Made by a program: the position numbers and the translations under genes. This document shows positions 40,361 to 64,000 of a stretch of DNA of 64,000 nt, piece by piece. The DNA lies in NCBI RefSeq assembly GCF_009914755.1, contig NC_060937.1. One strand, written 5' to 3'. Origin of the DNA: the human T2T-CHM13v2.0 reference genome, Homo sapiens. Under the pieces are notes generated by a model. The model worked only from the letters and a program-made list of their open reading frames with translations, ran no database searches and was not told the origin of the DNA. Each line of letters opens with the position of its first letter. The first letter of the stretch is position 1.

Positions 40361-41362
40361 TGCACCTTTTATAGTGGGCAAAAGTGAGAAGGTCTATCAG
40401 TTCTTTCTCCCGAAGGTAACCACTACTGCCCTTTTTGTTTGTGGTCACAGCCTTTTTCTGTGGTGTGAGTGTATGTAAACTTTTTTTTTAGTGGGATCAC
40501 TAAGCCAGGCACAGTGACATGCACCCATAGTCTCAGCTACTCGGGAGGGTCGCTTGATCCCGGGAGTTTGAGGCCAGCCTGAGCAATGCAGTGAGACCCC
40601 AAACTCTACAAAAGAAAAAACACCTGGGATCACTGTACATATGGCACCTGTCAGGGCCTTCCTGTAGCCAGTTTTCGTTGCTGATCGCAGTCTTCTCCTG
40701 GCCAGGACTTGTTGCAGGAGCACAGTGCCGGTTGTGTAGACCCACCGGGGCTGGCAGTGCCCTCGGCCACAGGCACTAACATTCCTCCACTGCCCCTCCT
40801 GAAAATAAGATTACGTTCAACACCCTGGCACAGACATTTCTGTGCACTTGTTAGATTGTTTCTTTAGTGTGATTCTTGCTCTGGAGCTGCTGGGTAAAAT
40901 AATGTGTACTTGTCTTAGTTTGCTCTTTTCCAAGTTGAAGTCTGGCAGATTTCACCAGAGCACAGTGTCTGCCCCCACCTCCACCTGTCCTTTGCTCACC
41001 CTGTTCTGAGCAGCCCAAAGATAGTTTGTTGCAGTTTTCATTTTGATTTCTGATTCTTTACAGCATCTTTCTACCACTCAGTAGTTTATACAAATTATAT
41101 AATCTTTCTAATGCTCAGTTTCTCATATTTAAAATAGACATACTACTACCTCAAGTTGTGAGAATTAAATGAATCGTTTAGAAAGCTCTTTGCCACACAC
41201 CTGTAAGCACTTCATACATGTTGATGCTGCTCTTTTTATGCTTAGCCATTTGTATTTTTCTTTTTCTAATTGCTTTTCAAGTCATATGCATTCATTATAA
41301 TGTTTTTTCTCTTACTGATTAGTAGGTTTTCTTTATATATTAAGGATATTAATGCTTTGTCC

Positions 41363-41676
41363 CTTTTTTTTTTTCGTTTTTTTTTTTTTTTTTTTTTTTT
41401 TGCATTTCACTCTGTCGTCCAGGCTGGAGTGCAGTGGTACAATCTCGCTCACTGCAACCTCCGTCCTCCGGGTTCAAGCGATTCTCCTGTCTCAGCCTCT
41501 CGAGTAGCTGGGACTACAGGCATGTGCCACCACACTCAACTAAGTTTTCTATTTTTAGTAGAGACGGGGTTTCACCATGTTGGCCAGGCTGGTCTCAAAC
41601 TCCTGACCTCAGGTGAGTCACCCATCTCGGCCTCCCAAAATGCTGAGATTACAGGCGTGAGCCACCATGCCCAGCC
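41363..41676 (-). mobile_element. Alu (AluS-like), long T tract
   Basis: Reverse Alu dimer. Confidence 0.95.
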
Positions 41677-41798
41677 TGCTTTGTCATTTTTGACAGATAA
41701 TTTTGTTGTTTTTATTGGGTTTTTTTTCACATAACAGTTTTTAAGTTCTCAAATATAGTCTCCTTTTCTTTTATGGTTTCTGACTTAACGTGTAATGC

Positions 41799-42179
41799 TG
41801 TATTAGGCCATTCTTGTATTACTATAAGGAAATACCTGAAACTGGGTAATTTATAAAGAAGAGAAGTTTAATTGGCTCACGGTTCTGCAGGCTGTACAGG
41901 AAGCATGGTGCCAGCATCACCTCAGCTTCTGACGAGGCCTCAGGAAGTTTCCAGTCATGGTGGAAGGTGCAAGGGGAGCAGGTGTCTCACGTGGCAAAAG
42001 CATGAGCAAGAACAGGGAGGGAGGTGCCCCACATGTTTAAACGACCAGATCTCATCACCAAGGGGAGGGCCCAAGCCATTCATGAGGGACCTGCCCCCAC
42101 CCACCCGGTCCCATCTCCAACACTGGAGACCACATTTCAGCATGAGATTTTGAGGGGACACATATTCAAAACCATATCA
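41799..42179 (-). mobile_element. MaLR solo LTR (MST-like)
   Basis: TGTATTAGGCCATTCTTG...TTTGAGGGGACACATATTCAAAACCATATCA. Confidence 0.9.
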
Positions 42180-42457
42180 TTGGCCTAAGAGAGAAATTCC
42201 CTTAACCAGAGTTTTAAAAAACATTTATACTATGTTATTTTTCTAGAAGTTTTTACATTTAAATCTTTCTTTTCATGTTGCAGAAATTATTTTAGTATCT
42301 GAAAACAGTCTAACTGCCCCCATCCTTTCCAAAACCAAATTTAAAATATCATCCTTGAACAAGTTATTTGAATTATCACCTTATTATGTATCAAATTCAT
42401 ATAGGTCAGTTTCTCAATTCTCTTCTATAAATTCTGTGTCTATTTCATAGCCAGCCA

Positions 42458-42742
<285 letters not shown>

Positions 42743-44375
42743 CCAGGTTCTTTTAATTAATGTAGCTATTCCTATAACTTTATTCTTCCAATGAACTTGA
42801 CAATAATTGTATCACGCCTTTGCTCCCCCAAATAAGAACATTGACATTTTTAATCCATATTGCATTAATTTACAGAGCTTTTATCTTTATCATATTAAAT
42901 CTTGTGATTCATACATATGTGTATATATGTAAATACATACAAATCTTTTTCTCAGAGCTTTCTAGTTTTCTTCTGTAAGTCTTGCATATTTCTTGCTAGT
43001 CATAAATTTTCATTCATTCAACAAATACTTATTGAGCATCTGTGGTGGCCCAGGTCCTCTGTGAAGCACTGAGAATTCATCCATTAACAATAAAGAATAA
43101 GTCCTTGTTTCTAGGAGTGTTCAGTCTTTTCCAGCAGAGAGGTAGCAGAGGATCACACACATTGACTAACTTGTAAGAGTGGAGGAAAATGTTAGGATAG
43201 AGAAGTGCAGGAGAGTCTAATTAAATACTGTCGTCAGCCAACGCTTTCCTGAAGAAGTGACTAGCTTTGCTCAGGAACTGAAAGAAGGCCTCTGGCTGCA
43301 GCATCGTTGCCAAAAGGGGAAGCTGAGCCAGACAGGCCTGATCAGGGAGCCACAGCTGGACCCTCTGAAGATGGCTCAGATCCATGAAGCATTTGGAAAA
43401 CCACTAGAGTTTTAAGCAAGACAGGCTAATGAAATGCTGATATCTTATAAAGGGGACCTTTTTTCTTTACATTTCTGACGGTTTTTATCAGAATGTATGT
43501 ATTAATGCTATTTGTCTTTGTATATTTATTTTATTTCCAGCCACTTTACAAAACTCTTTAGCTTTGAAAGTTTTTCTGTTGATTTTCTTGGATTTTCCAG
43601 CTCATCTACAAATAATGACCGTTTTGTCTGCACCTTTTCAATATACCTCTTTAGTCTGTTCCTGTATTGCATAGTTAGAACCTCTAAAGTAATGTTTTTA
43701 AGGAATAGCAGTGCAGCTGAGCTTCCTAATTTTATCTCTAGTTCAGAGGATGTTAACTTTTTGGGGGTCATGGATCCTGTTGAAAATGTGATGAAAGCTT
43801 GGAGTCTCTCCCATCCTGAAGCATACTTGCCTCATATGTATGCACAGACCTTCCCCCAGCCCTCATTTCAACTGCAGATCCCCATCAGGTTCCTGTTGGA
43901 CTAAGGTTAAGTTGTCTCTAGTATTTGCTGTTTGTTTCTGATAACCATGTTTTATCATGTTCAGATTCTTTTTTATTCATCCTTGTATGCTAATGTTTGT
44001 TTTAAATCAAAAAATCAATTTTATCATGCCTTTTCAGCATCTATCAAGATGGTCATGTAATCTAACCTTTCAACTGCTACAGTGCTCTCACTTATATTCA
44101 CAGATTTCCTAATGTTGATCAACACTTAACATTTCTGGAATATATCCTGATGGTCATTATGTTTTGTTTACTGTGCTGCTAGTTTTAATCTACATCACAC
44201 ATAGAGTTGTTGCAGCTTTCTTATAAGGAAAATAACTTTTAAAAATATTTTTTAAGTTTTGGTTTTGGAGTTTTGCTATTCTGGGAAGGTACCTTTTACT
44301 ACAACAAGTAAACATGCATAATAAAGTAGGATTCATCCAATGTCTGACCTTTCTTTGCATCAAAAGAACATTTCC

Positions 44376-45258
<883 letters not shown>

Positions 45259-46139
45259 TAATTAAATTTGTAGTATTTGCTAAACAATTGACAAAGCATG
45301 TTTAATTCTATGTTCAGTCATATCATTTGACCTGCATTATTCATGGTGCTTTGTGTATACACTGAATGTAGAAAAACTGGCAAATGTGAAGCTCTTTATT
45401 CCAGGTGTTGCTCATCGCCACTGCAGAAATGATAGAGCCCTAAAACTCTCCTTCCCAGGGATGGTGCGCGCTTGTTCATATTTTCAGGAAGGGAAGAGGT
45501 AGATGGGACATGGAAAGCTGAACACTTTTCTCATAGTAGTAGCGGTCAAGGTTACATCACAAGATTTTAAGGAAATGATAACAATAACTAACTTACTCAG
45601 CGTTTACAGCCTACACCGCGTTTTCCACCACGGTAATAGTCTACTGTTGCTGTTGCTTATGAAAGTCAGCCCAGGCCTGTCAACCCGCGTTGTTTTCAGA
45701 ACTGAGATTTACTGTCCTGCCACGTGTGGGATGCAGGATAAGCCGGGAAAGTATTATGAAACGTTTTTTACATGTATTTATCAACCCAGGAAATACTGAA
45801 CTCTGATGACGCCTGGCCTCTCAGGGACAGGACCGGCCACACGTGCTTTGGAGGGAAAGTCCCCAGATTCCATGTTGTGCAGTTTGAGCCTCCCATTCCA
45901 TCAAGGGAATAAAGTTGAGATGCACTAAATAGTCGAACACTTAAGAGTCTGGTGGAAGTGCCACTGTCCATCAGCCCGCATTTGCCCCCTTCCCTGCAGA
46001 GGTGAGGTGCCGTCCTCAGGGCCCTGGGAAGCTCCAAAAGCACCATCAGGTTCACTGCCCCTTCCTCCCACCAGCTGGAGCAAGTCTCCTGTTGCCACTG
46101 CAAACAATCAGGCCCAGCGCGAAGCAGAGGTGAGCAAGA

Positions 46140-46560
<421 letters not shown>

Positions 46561-46755
46561 TCAGCCACATCTTGTAAAATGTGTGGCTTATCACTGAATA
46601 GAAGGTGAAGTTTGTTTGGAAAATAGAGGGTCTCCCTTGTATAGGGAGAGCCTTGCACGTAAGTGCTCACACAGATTTTCTTCCTAATACAGCAGAGCTG
46701 GAGTGGCTGTTCCCTCTGGGCAGAGACAGGCTGTGGCTGTGGATTCGTCTCCTCA

Positions 46756-48855
<2,100 letters not shown>

Positions 48856-49146
48856 ATGTATGTACATTTCACAAGTTTCACGTTTCCCTCAGGAAACCAC
48901 ACTCTGACCATAAACTCACATGGACGCTTTTTTTATCAAGAGATAACGTTAACTTTGTCTTTAAAATAGAAAGTTTTGTTCATTTCATAAATATGTGTAT
49001 AATTATAAATGATTTTCATATAAATATCTATTTGTATATATATTTCTATAAGTATAGTTACATACTTCATGCATATACCCCTTGTATGTAAATGTTTGTA
49101 AATTTAATGCCACTGTAATTAGGGGGGTTTTATTCTTCTTTTTTAG

Positions 49147-49242
49147 CCTGGAGATTTGAAAAAGAGAATTGAATCTCTGATAGACAGAGACTATATGGAG
49201 AGAGACAAAGACAATCCGAATCAGTACCACTACGTGGCCTGA
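49147..49242 (+). CDS. CUL4A: Cullin-4A exon 20 coding part ([31 protein letters not shown])
   Basis: tttag acceptor; TGA 49240-49242; typical cullin C-terminus [13 protein letters not shown]. Confidence 0.98.
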   Translation, partial: PGDLKKRIESLIDRDYMERDKDNPNQYHYVA

Positions 49243-50056
49243 CGCATCTGCAGACGGTTCCCCTTCATGAAACACTAGAATGTACCCTCAGAGCAGGAAG
49301 CACACCTGTGCCATTTCTGGGACTCTGATTGATCCAGCTGTGGACATTGGAAGGCGAAGGAAGGGAGGTGGCTCCTGGGTCATCTTTCACAAGGCTCAAG
49401 ACTTCAACCTGCAGATGTATCTTTTTCCCTCCAGTTTTTCCTCTAGTTCTTTTAGGCATTTAAATTGTTTCTGTTACTCTGTGCAAAATAACTTTGAGAT
49501 TGGACAAGAAGATGTTACTAAAGAGAAGTTCCTTTAAAAGGTCTTGTTCTTGTGTCAAAAAGCTGCAAGTTTGGTTTGTTCTCGTGTGTGATCATGAGTG
49601 CACAATGAAGAAGACCCTAGATGCTGCATTTTTTAGCTCTGAAGATTCCTTAGGTATCCCTGAAGACAGCTCGCTCAGATGATCAGCATTTAGAGTGAAA
49701 ACAAGGGCCCTTCATGGGTGAACATTAGAAAGAGCCAGGGTTCAAAGCTGGCGAATGGATGACGCACCCTAGCCACTGGCCCCTCTCTGTTTCATGTATT
49801 TCCAAAAGTTGTAAACTTTGATGGCTGATTTTTCGTAAGTCAGGTTTCTAAGTGAGCTCCCTGAGGTGCCAAGGCCATGGTGTCCGCCCTGCTGCGTCTG
49901 TTCGTCAGCTGAGTTCCTTGTGAATCTCTGTTTTAGGGTTTGGGGCTAGTGTGTTTGTGTTTCCATTCTAAGATTGAGTCTGGCAGTCCCTGTTTTTTTG
50001 CATTGGGGTAACTGCTCTTTGATTTTTTTTAATTGCAGTATTTGTGTGATTGCAAT

Positions 50057-50062
50057 AATAAA
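50057..50062 (+). terminator. Proximal poly(A) signal AATAAA
   Basis: AATAAA followed by GTTTGGTTTGGTTTTT. Confidence 0.55.
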
Positions 50063-50676
50063 GTTTGGTTTGGTTTTTACAGTCATGCGCAGGGACGATC
50101 CTTGTTCTCTGCTGTAAACTGTAAAAAGTTTATGGAGACTTAAAGTCTTGATGTTGTGAAGCAGAGGTTATTTTGTGGAAAGATTAAAAGGATTTTGTTG
50201 GTACCTGGTTTTGTGTTGTGTATATATACATGAGGTTGAACAGTGAAAGGAAAGTTCAGTAGTGATGTTAGAAGGGTAACTATGACAAAGATACTTTTGA
50301 GATAACATTTAAAAGTACTTTATATTTTACATAATAGCATGTTTCATTTTGATTAAAAGCTACCAAAGGAATTTTGATCATGGCATAAGTGTTTAAAGCA
50401 ATATTTTCTGGAATATACCAAGTTTATATAATTTGATTTTGTGCTAAATTATTAAGAGTCTCTTTTTGAAACATGCGGGTTTGAAATATGACACCTTGTG
50501 GGTTTCCATATTAAAATCCTCACTCTTTAATTGTCATTTCTATCTTTGAAAATTTTCATTTATGAGTTCCATGATATGTGGTCTAAGAAAGACCAAACAG
50601 ATTTCTATTTTTTTTTCTTATAAGTTCGTTGTGTCTAGAGATTGTTAATATTGTAATTTAATGTAGACTTACTTTG

Positions 50677-50717
50677 AATAAAATTAGTTTAATTGGCCTT
50701 AAAATTACATTAATAAA
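50677..50717 (+). terminator. Distal poly(A) signals (AATAAA 50677-50682 and 50712-50717)
   Basis: Two AATAAA preceded by TGTA motifs at 50652 and 50662. Confidence 0.7.
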
Positions 50718-50931
50718 ACTTTGTGATATGCAAATGACACATTCTTCATAACTCTTTAGCAGCTTTGACTACTAGTGCACTAGACAGAAGTCAGAGCAGG
50801 GAGCACCTGTCCCCTCTCAAGTGATTATTCTTTCCTGGCCACCTCTACCACAAAATACCAGTGGGGCCAGGTAGTGACAAGTGGGTCTTTTTTACTTGGA
50901 CGATTCGTTGTGCTGTGCCTTTGTTTCATTT

Positions 50932-51454
<523 letters not shown>

Positions 51455-51676
51455 TAGAAGAAATCATTGAAAAAGAAACAGCACTTAGACAGAAATGCTG
51501 TAAAAGTGGAAAGGAGAAGGTGAAATTACTTGCAGGTTAGATGGTTGCATACCCAGGTCATCTAAGGAGCAAATGAAAATCTGTGACTGAAGAAAGAATT
51601 CACCAAGTTAACCAGACACAAAATTAACAAAAACATCAGTAGCTTTCCTATAAATATAGGCTATAATGGAGGGTCA

Positions 51677-51978
51677 TTTTTTATTTTTATTTAGAGACAG
51701 GGTCTTAACTGTCACCTGGACTGGAGTGCAGTGGCATGATCATGTTTCACGGCAGCCTCTACCTTCTGGGCTCAAGCGATCCTCTCTTCTCAGCCACCTG
51801 AGTAGCTGGGCCTACAGGTGTACATCACCACGCCCAGATAATTTTTATTGTATTTTTTATAGAGGCAGTGTCTTGCTGTGTTGCCAAGGCTGTTCTTGTA
51901 CTCCTGGCCTCAAGCGAACCTCCTACCTCAGCCTCCCCAAATGCTGGGATTACAGGCATGAGACACTGCACCTGACCA
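51677..51978 (-). mobile_element. Alu (AluJ-like) inside old L1 fragments
   Basis: Reverse diverged Alu. Confidence 0.85.
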
Positions 51979-52914
51979 GAAGTCATTTTTTCAATAGCAA
52001 CCCCCAAAAAAGATAAAATACCTAGTAACAAATAGGGAAACACCTATGTGAAAGGTATTATAACATTACTAAGGAACACAGGCCCTGAATAAGTGAAAGT
52101 TCTGTTGATTCTCACATTTTGCTATACAGTATCTTAAGATGTAAAACCTTCCTTTAAAACACAAGCGGATTCTAAAGTTAAAACAGAAAAGCAAATATGC
52201 CAGACTAGTCAAATTGTTTTAAATTCTGCTGTTTTTAGAACATTGTAATTGAAACAGCATGATGCTGGCCCTTTAAAAAGATTCCTGGAACAAGAAAGTC
52301 CACAAATAAGCCAAATACACAGGAACTCGGCGTGGCACAAAGGGGCCGTGTGTGATCAGGAACTGGAACTTTGCAACAACTACCCATGCTCAGAAGTTTG
52401 GGCCACCTTGAAAAGAGAAAAGTTGGATTAGACTCCTTTTTATACTAAGGGAAGTTCCAAGTGGTCAAGTATTTACGTGTAAAAAAATACATATATATGA
52501 AACCATAATCATAAGATACTTTTTTTGTAAATTGACTATTATTGTATAAATTTATAGAGTATAAAGTGATCTTATAAATTATGCATACATTGTGGACTAG
52601 TCAAGCTAGTTACATCCATCACCTCAAATACTTAACATTTTTGTAGTGAGAACATCTGAAATTTACTCTTAGCAATTTTGAAATGTACAATACTCAATTT
52701 TTGACTGTATTCACCATGCTGTACAATAGAACTCAGAAAAAGAAAAATATAGTCCTCCTTTCTAAGATTTTTGGACCCGTTGCCCCTTTATTTGTGTTTT
52801 TCCACTAAGTGATCTAGTGAATTCACATCGATTTTTTTAAAAAAGGATTGACATTAAATGACATCTTTTAAAGTCAACATGGGGGAAAACAAGGTTAAAA
52901 AAACTGGAACCCTT

Positions 52915-53254
<340 letters not shown>

Positions 53255-54928
53255 TTAATGTTAACAGAACTAGAAGTCAGCAAGAAGACCAGCAACAAGC
53301 CTTCGGATAAGTGAGTTCTTCATTAGCTTTAAGAGAGTGGGAGCAGAGGAAACGGGTACCGTGAGGGCAGACCTGCTTTCAAGAACAGATGAACAGCGGC
53401 TGAGAATGACTCCAAGAGGTCGCAGGAGCAGAGCTGCATTTCAGTGGCAGGTGACTGGGCATTGTCCTGCAGCAAGGCCCTAATATCCCAGGAGAGGGCA
53501 GGATCGAGGGCACAGGGAGTGGGGGCAGGTGAGGGCTGGCCATAGGTGTGGTGCCGGGGGAGACATTGGTTGTGACGGTGACCATGGCCCTAGGCTGGAG
53601 GGTGGGGGGGTCATGTAACATGAAGATTTAGGAGGTAAGCTTGGAGGGCGCAGCTGTTGGCAATGATGGTCTGGGTGAGGACAGACGGGGAACTGGGGCC
53701 AGAGCATGGGAGACAAGACCTGATGGTCGTCCAGCAGTCAGGGACGGTGACAGGAGCCAGTGATGGAGGCCCTGAGTGCAGGACAGCCCTGAGGCCTGGA
53801 GGTGGGCCAGCCAGTGAGAAGGGCGCACCCCCGCCGGGGTGTCCAGCAGCATGGAAGGAGCATGGCCTGGAAGCAGCAATGGGCAGAAGGGAGGGCCTCG
53901 CCCCAGATGCAGCCCCAGGGGGAGGGTCACGAAGTGAGCAGCGGGCCTCTGCCCCCTCCACGGAGGCATGGGCACCCTGTGGTGGGTTTGGAAGGAGAAA
54001 CCAGGCAGTGGCCAGGCCCAGGCCTTGTGCAGCAGCCCGGGAAGTTCAGGGGAAGAGGAGTGCAGGTGTTAGGACCGCCTAGTAAGAACGTTTAGGAGAT
54101 GGAGGTTTTGTCAACAGACTGAATTCAGAAAGGGCTGGAGGGGGCAGAGGTGACAGTTGGGCCATGTGAGAGTGAGAGGCCCAGCAGTGATGGGGGACAG
54201 GCTGGTGGGCTCTGGTGAGGGAGGTCAGCTCGAGGGATCTGAGACATTGTGAAATGATGGTCTCTCAGGTAAATTTGTGAGGGTATATTAAATTCGAAAA
54301 TGCCCACACCTTTGACCCAGTAAGTTCCTTTCACTCACGTAGAATGATTTCTAGTACTGTTCTCGCACACACAGAAAATACCTTAAATGTCCTTCAATAA
54401 GGAAACAGACCATGTGCTAAGTCCATGCATGTGTGATATTCTGACCATGCAGCTTGAACCAAGATCTAGATGTCCATTTGGAGTGAGTGTCAAGAAATAC
54501 CACGTAAGAAAAGAGAGCAGTGCCGTCCTGCCACCACTGTGTGTGCGGCCCGTGTACGTGTGAATAACGACGGCTCAACTCCAGAATGGAGTTCTGGAAG
54601 GCTGCGAGCAGGTATGCGAGAATCTTTTCTATGCATATACCATTTTGTATTTTTTTAATTTTGTGTCAAAAGAATGTTTAAAAGTAATGACAAATTATTA
54701 AGAAAACAAAATGGCCCCACCCACTGTGTTGTTTCTTTACCATAAAACACAAGGAATCAGCCAACCCAAAGTAATTGCACTTCCCCGCCCGCTCTCCTCC
54801 CAACCTAATCCACTGTTGTCATCAGTTATTTTATGGGTTACCTTTGTAATTGTAATGGACATATTGAAACCCTATTCTCTCGATCCATGAATATACTCAG
54901 TTTCTCATGAAAACCTCCTGTATTGGCA

Positions 54929-57566
<2,638 letters not shown>

Positions 57567-58259
57567 CATTAGGTAGATTCTTAAATGATCTTCTCAGAAA
57601 GAATGCCTGGGAGACAAATTTCCTGAATCCTGGCTGGACTGTTTTTATTTTACACTTGTGTTTGATTGTTGGTCTACATAAAAACTCTAGGCTCAAAATC
57701 ACTTTCCCTCAGAACTTTGAAGGGATTGCACTGCCATAGTCTTCTATTTTCTAGCTCTAAAGTCTGATGCCATTTTGTTAACTAACCTGTAGTTCTTTCA
57801 TGTCACTTTTGGAATCTTCTGTTCCTGGACTTTTGGTATCTCACAAGAGTGTCTCGGTGTGTGTCCACTTTCATTTGGCCTCTGCCAGCCACCCACTGAG
57901 CCTTCAGACTGGAAGACTCCGGACTTCTGTTCCAGGAAGTGTTCTTTTTTGACATTCTACATTGCCTCTTCCCCTTCAACTTCTTTGCTGTCACTTTCCT
58001 TAGCACTAATCTTTCTAAGTAAACCAACTGGAAGGTCTAATGAGAAGAAGGGCTGGCCTCACCCCTCCCCACTCATAGTTCACTGTCCATCTTTGTTTCT
58101 GGTTAGCTTTTCTCTTGGTGGCCTCTATTATCAGATTATTGTTTCTTGGTTTTCTTTTTAATAAAAGATTGTTTTATGTTTTTATATTATTTCTTATTTT
58201 TCTTTTTAATAAAAAATTGTTTTTATTTTATTTCTAGAATATCTTCTTGAACCTCAAAC

Positions 58260-59097
<838 letters not shown>

Positions 59098-60514
59098 GAA
59101 CTAGTGCCTCAGAGAGTTGTCAATTTTTTTTCTTTAAGACAGGTCTCAAGCTCAAGCACGTGTGTTGTGATCTGGGCCCCCATTCGTCAGGCTTCTGAAG
59201 TCGTGTTTTTAGGCACAAGCCTGTCCCCAAGTCTATAGCATCTGGTGCACAGTGCTCAGTAAACACTGAGGAGTGAATGAAGCAGGGCCAGTGGAAGGAA
59301 CAAAGACCAGCAAGATAAGAATGGGGAGAAGTACGAGTGTGACAGAACAAAAGAAGGGAGTTTTAAGGTATGGTGAGAATCAGAAACAGACCATCACGGT
59401 GGCATCTCGGGCCATTCAGTTTGTGTGCTGGGCCCGACGGGTAGTGGGTGCGGCGAGATGTAGCTGGAGGCAAGGCAGAGGCCAGGGAGAGCTGCTCTCG
59501 GGTAATGAGAATTGAGCAAGCATCAAACTGAGCAAGCAAGAGAGAAAAGGGGAGAATCTGAGCATACGGAAAGGAGAAATAACTGCGGGCAGGTTTCCCA
59601 AACAGCAGGGGAAACCACATCCCCGCGCAGCGTGCTCCTCCCAGGGAACAGAACAGGGAAACCACATCCCCGCGCAGTGTGCTCCCCCGGCAGAGGTCCT
59701 AAGGAAGCCGAGGGGCGGACAGCCGAGCAGAGGTAAGGCTTTCTGTGGTCCGTGATGGAGGAACCAAGGCCAACTGCAGCACAAGTTGAGGGAGCATTGT
59801 ACTGAGAAGTGGACGCCTGCCAGGAGTCCACTCTTCACAGAATGAACAGCACCTTCAAGGCACTGGGATCAGCAGAGAAGCTTTAACACTGGCCAGGTCC
59901 CCCCTCTGCCAGGTCCTCCATCTGTCACTCTCCAGGTGCCCCTGAGCAAATTCCTGCAATTCTTTAAACCTTGGTTTTCTTATAAGTGGAGATAATAATC
60001 CTACTTACCTCATGGGGTGGTTCCAAGTGAACACACACAAAGCTGCTTAGGACACGTACTACACACCAGCAAAGAGGAATGAGTCACAGTCACGCACAAG
60101 CACAGTGCCTCTTCATCAGGAAAACCCAGTTCCATACAAATCTAAGTGGCTTATCTTCAGAAACATTAGTGAAGAGCTGAAGCAAACACTGTCAGCTGGG
60201 AAGTCTGTATTCAGTGAACATACATTTCTGAATGGAGGCAAAGTATGCCTTTTCAGACAGAGACCTCTAGTAGGAGAAGTGCAGGAGGAAGGAGCTTCAG
60301 CTGCTGGAAAGCAAAGCCAGATAGAAGCCAGGGTCTGCCGAAGGCCTGGGGAGCGCCCGCACTTGCAAGCATTTGGGTAGACACTCACACAAATTAGCTA
60401 CACAATCATTATTTTCTTTAAAAACAACTGTTGAAAGCAAAAATAATATATGTTGGCATTAATACCATATGTAGAAGTAAAACGAATGACACGACACAAA
60501 GAATGGGGAAAGAA

Positions 60515-60681
60515 ATGGTCTGGTGAGTGTGATGAGCTAGAGATGCGTGTGACAGCCCTGGGGGAAAGGGGAGATGGTCTAGTGAGTGTGATGAGCCAGA
60601 GATGTGTGTGACAGCCCTGGGGGAAAGGGGAGATGGTCTAGTGAGTGTGATGAGCCAGAGATGTGTGTGGTAACCCTGGGG
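60515..60681. repeat. 59-bp tandem repeat, ~2.8 copies
   Basis: ATGGTCT at 60515, 60574, 60633. Confidence 0.9.
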
Positions 60682-60775
60682 CAGCCACTAACAATACCAG
60701 AGAGAGAGGCAAAGAGAGAAAGAACAAGCCAACAGAGGAGACAAAGTATAATTTGAAAGAACACTCAATCCAAAG

Positions 60776-61668
<893 letters not shown>

Positions 61669-61864
61669 GGAAATTCACTTTTAAAAGGGAATAAAGAACG
61701 GATAGGACAAATGGAAATGGAAAGAGGGTGGACTTGAACCTGACCATCTCATTAATTTATTGGTAACAATGACATAAACAACACTCCAGTTAAATGCCAA
61801 AGATTTTCAAGCTGTATAGAAAATTAAGACCAAAGTATATGCTGTCTACTACAAAGGCACTGTT

Positions 61865-62145
61865 ATTTCAAGAGAGAGGATCTCACTGTGTCACCCAGGC
61901 TGGAGTGCAGTGGCACAATCACGGCTCACTGCAGCTTCAATCTGCCAGGCTCCAGCAATCCTCCCACCTCAGCCTTCTGAGTAGCAAGTGTGCGCCACCA
62001 CAACTGGCCAATTGTTTATATTTTGTAGAGATGACATCTCACTGTGTTGCCCAGCCTGGTCTCAAATTCCTGGGCTCAAGTGGATCCTCTGCCTCAGCCT
62101 CCAGAACTGCTGGGACGACAGGCGTGCGTCACCATGCCCAGCCCA
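61865..62145 (-). mobile_element. Alu (AluJ-like) within an old L1 ORF2-start remnant (~61740-62190)
   Basis: Reverse Alu; flanks resemble degenerate L1 endonuclease-coding DNA (CACTCCAGTTAAA..AAGACCAAAGTATATGCTGTCTAC). Confidence 0.8.
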
Positions 62146-62198
62146 GAGAGTCATTTTAATAAAGACACAGATGAGTTAAAGGATGAAGAAAGACCACG

Positions 62199-63616
<1,418 letters not shown>

Positions 63617-64000
63617 GGCTGGGCGCGGTGGCTCACGCCTGCAGTCCCAGCACTTTGGGAGGCCGAGGCGGGCAGATTGCTTGAGCTCATGAGTATGAGA
63701 CCAGCCTGGACAACATGGCAAGACCCCATCTCTACAAAAAAATACAAGAATTAGCCAGGCATGGTGGTGCATACCTATCGTCCCAGCTACCTGGGAGGCT
63801 GAGGTAGGAGGATGGCTTGACCTGGAGACAGAGATTGATTGCTGTGAGCCAAGATCACGCCACTGCACTCCAGCCCGGGCAAGATAGAGCCTTTTTTTTT
63901 TCTTGAGATGGAATCTTGCTCTGTTGCCCAGGCTGGAGTGCAGTAGTGCGATCTTGGCCCACTGCAGCTCCCGCCTCCAGGGTTCAAGCAATTCTCCTGC
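63617..64000. mobile_element. Alu (+, ~63617-63890) directly abutting an inverted Alu (-, ~63892 to window end)
   Basis: ..GCAAGATAGAGCC|TTTTTTTTTTCTTGAGATGGAATCTTGCTC.. Confidence 0.9.

Larger units (their letters stand above)
49243..50745 (+). other. CUL4A: CUL4A 3' UTR (approximate, to the distal poly(A) signals)
   Basis: No obvious repeats; U-rich sequence after the stop, ending near AATAAA pair; exact cleavage site inferred. Confidence 0.7.

Noticed and set aside
53300-54250. G-rich region with overlapping 100-140 aa ORFs; possible gene or CpG-island promoter
   Set aside because: CpG-poor, no recognisable protein or exon structure; long ORFs are expected at high GC

Overview
Human (primate) genomic DNA: Alu-rich, with no prokaryotic features. 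The + strand carries the last 18 coding exons of CUL4A (cullin-4A; exons 3-20 of the canonical gene, which I recognise as the 13q34 locus). I traced every splice junction by hand. The exons join into a continuous 2016-nt frame (671 aa + TGA at 49240-49242, residues A89-A759), followed by a ~1.5-kb 3' UTR with tandem poly(A) signals. Exons 1-2 lie upstream of the window. Downstream is a repeat-dense intergenic stretch containing a decayed processed LDHB pseudogene (62.2-63.6 kb). The most interesting signals concern splicing and repeats. (i) Intron 3 is a minor-spliceosome AT-AC intron whose first 270 nt hold two more U12 donor motifs and a U12 branch-like motif, which could define a hidden U12-flanked poison exon. 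(ii) Intron 5 has a strong cryptic acceptor that gives either a 174-aa truncation or a 9-nt microexon, upstream of a 29/32-bp VNTR. (iii) A ~37-copy 43-bp VNTR in the last intron carries a hairpin and a TACGTG (HRE core) in nearly every unit. (iv) A fold-back plus templated insertion scar sits inside a MER2 element. Repeat subfamily names and boundaries are by-eye estimates.
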